Shown here one piece after another: positions 47,332-49,915 of a stretch of DNA of 49,915 nt. A program made the position numbers and the translations under genes. How positions within the stretch are numbered: position 1 is the first letter of the stretch; each line of letters begins with the position of its first letter. The notes under the pieces were generated by a model that saw only the letters and a program-made list of their open reading frames with translations, made no database searches and was not told where the DNA came from. Origin of the DNA: Basidiobolus meristosporus CBS 931.73 (taxonomy: Eukaryota; Fungi; Basidiobolomycota); NCBI GenBank assembly GCA_002104905.1, contig MCFE01000649.1, positions 1 through 49,915 on the forward strand, given 5' to 3'.

Positions 47332-47859
47332 GTGCTTTAGGGAGGAAAGTCACCAAGTGATGAAATATTTATTTACTTATGACAAGTATTTAAAGAAGCC
47401 AAGTTAATCTGAAGTTATTCCTAGAAAGCTAGGTCTGAGAGATATCTTCCTGGTAAGCCAGGTCTGAGAGTTGAGAAGCTGAGTGGTACTATATTTCCTA
47501 GTTAGCTAGGTCTGAAAGTGGTTTCCTGGAAAGCCAGGCCTGAGAAGTGAGAATCTGAATATATCTGAGCTAAGTTATATTGGTTTGCGGTAACTGAATT
47601 GTGGCTGGAATGGCCAGTTGACTGGGGGAACTGAGAGTAATTTCTAGGCAATCACTGGCCATATTTATTAGGCAAATCTGGCCAATTAGCATTTCAAGGA
47701 TTTCAGCCAATCAGAGCCTTTACTTTGCCCGATGGTTGATCAAGCCATCTCCCAATGAGCACACATCAATTTATTAATCAAATTTTGCTGGATCCAGGAT
47801 TTGAACCCACAACCATGGGTATGGAAGGGTTAGGGATAACCACAAGGCTAAGTGTTCTT
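47332..47859 (-). mobile_element. tRNA-derived SINE (~525 bp) with LINE-derived 3' tail
   Basis: A box TAGCCTTGTGG (47840-47850) and B box GGTTCAAATCC (47797-47807), 32 nt apart; no T4 run on the element strand; last ~80 nt match the LINE-B 3' end. Confidence 0.78.
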
Positions 47860-48123
47860 GGTTAGGGGGGAGACAGTCACCAACAGGTGAAATCTTTATT
47901 TCAGTTGAAACAAAGAAGCCAGCGCTACTGTTGTAGCTTTGATACAAGAGTGTGTAGCTGAGAGGAATTTGTAGGTAAGTTAATAAGAAGTGATGATAGT
48001 TCTTCAGTGCTCAAGACACTGTTCAGTGGGAAGGGGTGTAGCAAGAGAGGTAAGAATGACTTGTGAACAACATTAATGAGGGGAATGTGATAAGGATTGA
48101 TATTCATCATAAAGGGAGTGTGC
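47860..48123 (-). mobile_element. LINE family A, copy 2: 3'-terminal ~260 bp only
   Basis: Near-identical to 48124-48385 and 45826-46085. Confidence 0.92.
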
Positions 48124-49915
48124 TTAGGGGGGGAGACAGTCACCAACAGGTGAAATCTTTATTTCAGCTGAAACAAAGAAGCCAGCGCTACTGTTGTAGC
48201 TTTGATACAAGAGTGTGTAGCTGAGGGGAATTTGTAGGTAAGTTAATAAGAAGTGATGATAGTTCTTCAGTGCTAAACACACTGTTCAGTGGGAAGGGGG
48301 GTAGCAAGAGAGGTAAGAATGACTTGTGAACAACATTAATGAGGGGAATGTGATAAGGATTGATATTCATCATAAAGGGAGTGTGCTGCTGCAGATATTG
48401 CTGCCAAAGGTCTGTCAAGTACTTCAGGTAGGCCAGCTTGGGTTTTTCTGACTGCAGAATATAGTGAGCAAACTTCTTGACTTCAGGATTGCCAAGTATA
48501 GTTTGCCAGCAGGAGCCAGGTGTAGTGTGGTGTGTTCTCTTCCAGGCCTTAATCAGTGGGTTGTTGCAGTTGTGAAGTCTGAGGTATAATCTGGTTCTAA
48601 GGTAGAGAAGTCTGATCTTATAGGGCATAAACCCAAAAGCACCAAGAATAGCATGTCTGTAGGGGCATTCAGGCAAATGAGGCACCAAGGAGGTAATGCA
48701 CCATACTGCAAACTTGTCAAGCTTAGTGCAGTCTCTAGAAGTAAGAGAGAGAAGTGGTAAGCCAAATTCCAGGACAGGGAAGACAAACTGCTTGAGTAGA
48801 AGGAGGCAGCTGGGAGCTGAAGTGTAGGAGGAGTAACAGCCAGTAGCTTGTGGAGTGCCTGTCTTGCCAGGATAATTCTCTTCTTCAGGTGTGCTCCAGA
48901 GTCTAGTCCAGTAGGAAGGAAAGGAAAGCCAAGATATGTAGCAGAAACCTGAGCAGGTAGAGTGGAGTTCTCCAAGTTGATGGAGAGCCCAAAGGTACTG
49001 TCTTTGCAATGGAAAGCTGGAGATTATCTTCTGCAGATACTGGTGGATGGTCTGGGAGTCTTGTTGCACATTGGAGGAGGAAATTCTGATGTCATCAGCA
49101 AAGAGAGTAACCAGGCAGTCAGCTGAGAGTCTTGGGAAATCATTCAGGAAGATGGCAAACAGTATAGGACCAAGCACAGAGCCTTGAACCACTCCATTAG
49201 GAACTGAGAACACAGCTGATTGCTCACTTGGGTGCAGAATTCTTGCTTGTGGATCCAGAAACAGAGACCTGACAAGGAGGGTGGAGAGAGATACTGGAGA
49301 AGCATTGCAACTTGGACCAAAGCAGATTTCTGTCAACTGAATCAAAGGCCTTAGTAATATCAAACAGAACAGAGGGATACTTGCACTGGAGAGAGTGATC
49401 TTGGCTAAGTATGACTGCATATTCCAAGGAGAGGCCAGGAACAAAGCCAAACTGTGCAGGATGAAACTTGAGGGAGTCAGAGTAGAGCTCCTGAGCAAGC
49501 AGAAGCTCAAACACCTTTCTGCAGGTGGGCAGCAGAGATATTGGCCTGTAGGAGCTAGGATCCAGGTGCTTTCCTTTACCCTTGTATAGTGGCAGAACAT
49601 TTGCAAAGGGCCATTCCTCAGGAGTAGAAAGCTGGGCTGAGCATTGCTGAAACAGTGGAAGCAGAAGTGCAGACATGGCCTTGGTACTAGTCTTCAGAAG
49701 CTCATAGAAGATTGTGTCCACACCTGGAGCAGTAGAGTTGGAAGCCTCTTGAGCACATTATGGATTCTCCTTTGATCAAGTGCAAGTGGGATGGGCAGAT
49801 CTTGAAGTCAGGATGAAAGCCAGGAGTTGAGTACTGCTTTGTAGAGAAGAAGATGTTAGCAGCTGTTCTGTTGAAGGTAACTTCCTGGAAGAGGGCCTCA
49901 TTGCCCTGTAGAGTC
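48124..49915 (-). mobile_element. LINE family A, copy 3, runs off the window end; frameshifted RT
   Basis: YRPISLLPTCRKVFE, QFGF, LFDITKAFDSVDR, GVVQGSVLGPILF, LFADDI; any endonuclease would lie beyond the window. Confidence 0.92.

Noticed and set aside
48124-48165. Hairpin plus CTAA at LINE ends as Helitron 3' termini
   Set aside because: The elements encode non-LTR RT, and the base after CTAA is not the T expected from Helitron A|T insertion.
46317-49721. RT ORFs as group II intron, retron or Penelope-like RT
   Set aside because: APG.D, YRPISLL, QFGF and GVVQGSVLGP are LINE-type motifs; final clade assignment still needs a phylogeny.

Overview
Eukaryotic, most likely fungal (inference from 56-70 nt GT-AG introns, gene content and TTAGGG), transposon-dense DNA. 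A CpG-rich host-gene island of about 9.4 kb (~25.3-34.7 kb) is flanked by CpG-depleted repeat blocks. The island holds a small secreted/GPI-type Ser-rich protein, a 7-exon PIF1 helicase with a (CTAGGG)-type G4 repeat upstream, a GH32 invertase-like pseudogene, an intronless HAD sugar phosphatase and a Con-6-like remnant. The left block is nested: a Gypsy remnant contains a Pangu-like PHIS transposon and a CCC-ended CMC/EnSpm-like element, which contains a second PHIS copy carrying a foldback MITE. It is followed by Copia elements, one with an uninterrupted polyprotein. The right block has Copia remnants with self-inserted solo LTRs, a decayed Gypsy and two LINE-type RT families. The most unusual part is 45.8-49.9 kb: a head-to-tail chain of minus-strand LINE copies and a tRNA-headed SINE. 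Their 3' ends share a hairpin plus CCCTAA instead of poly(A), and one 5'-truncated copy is capped by three TTAGGG units, suggesting a telomere-associated LINE/SINE system. All identities and family calls were made by eye; no searches were run.
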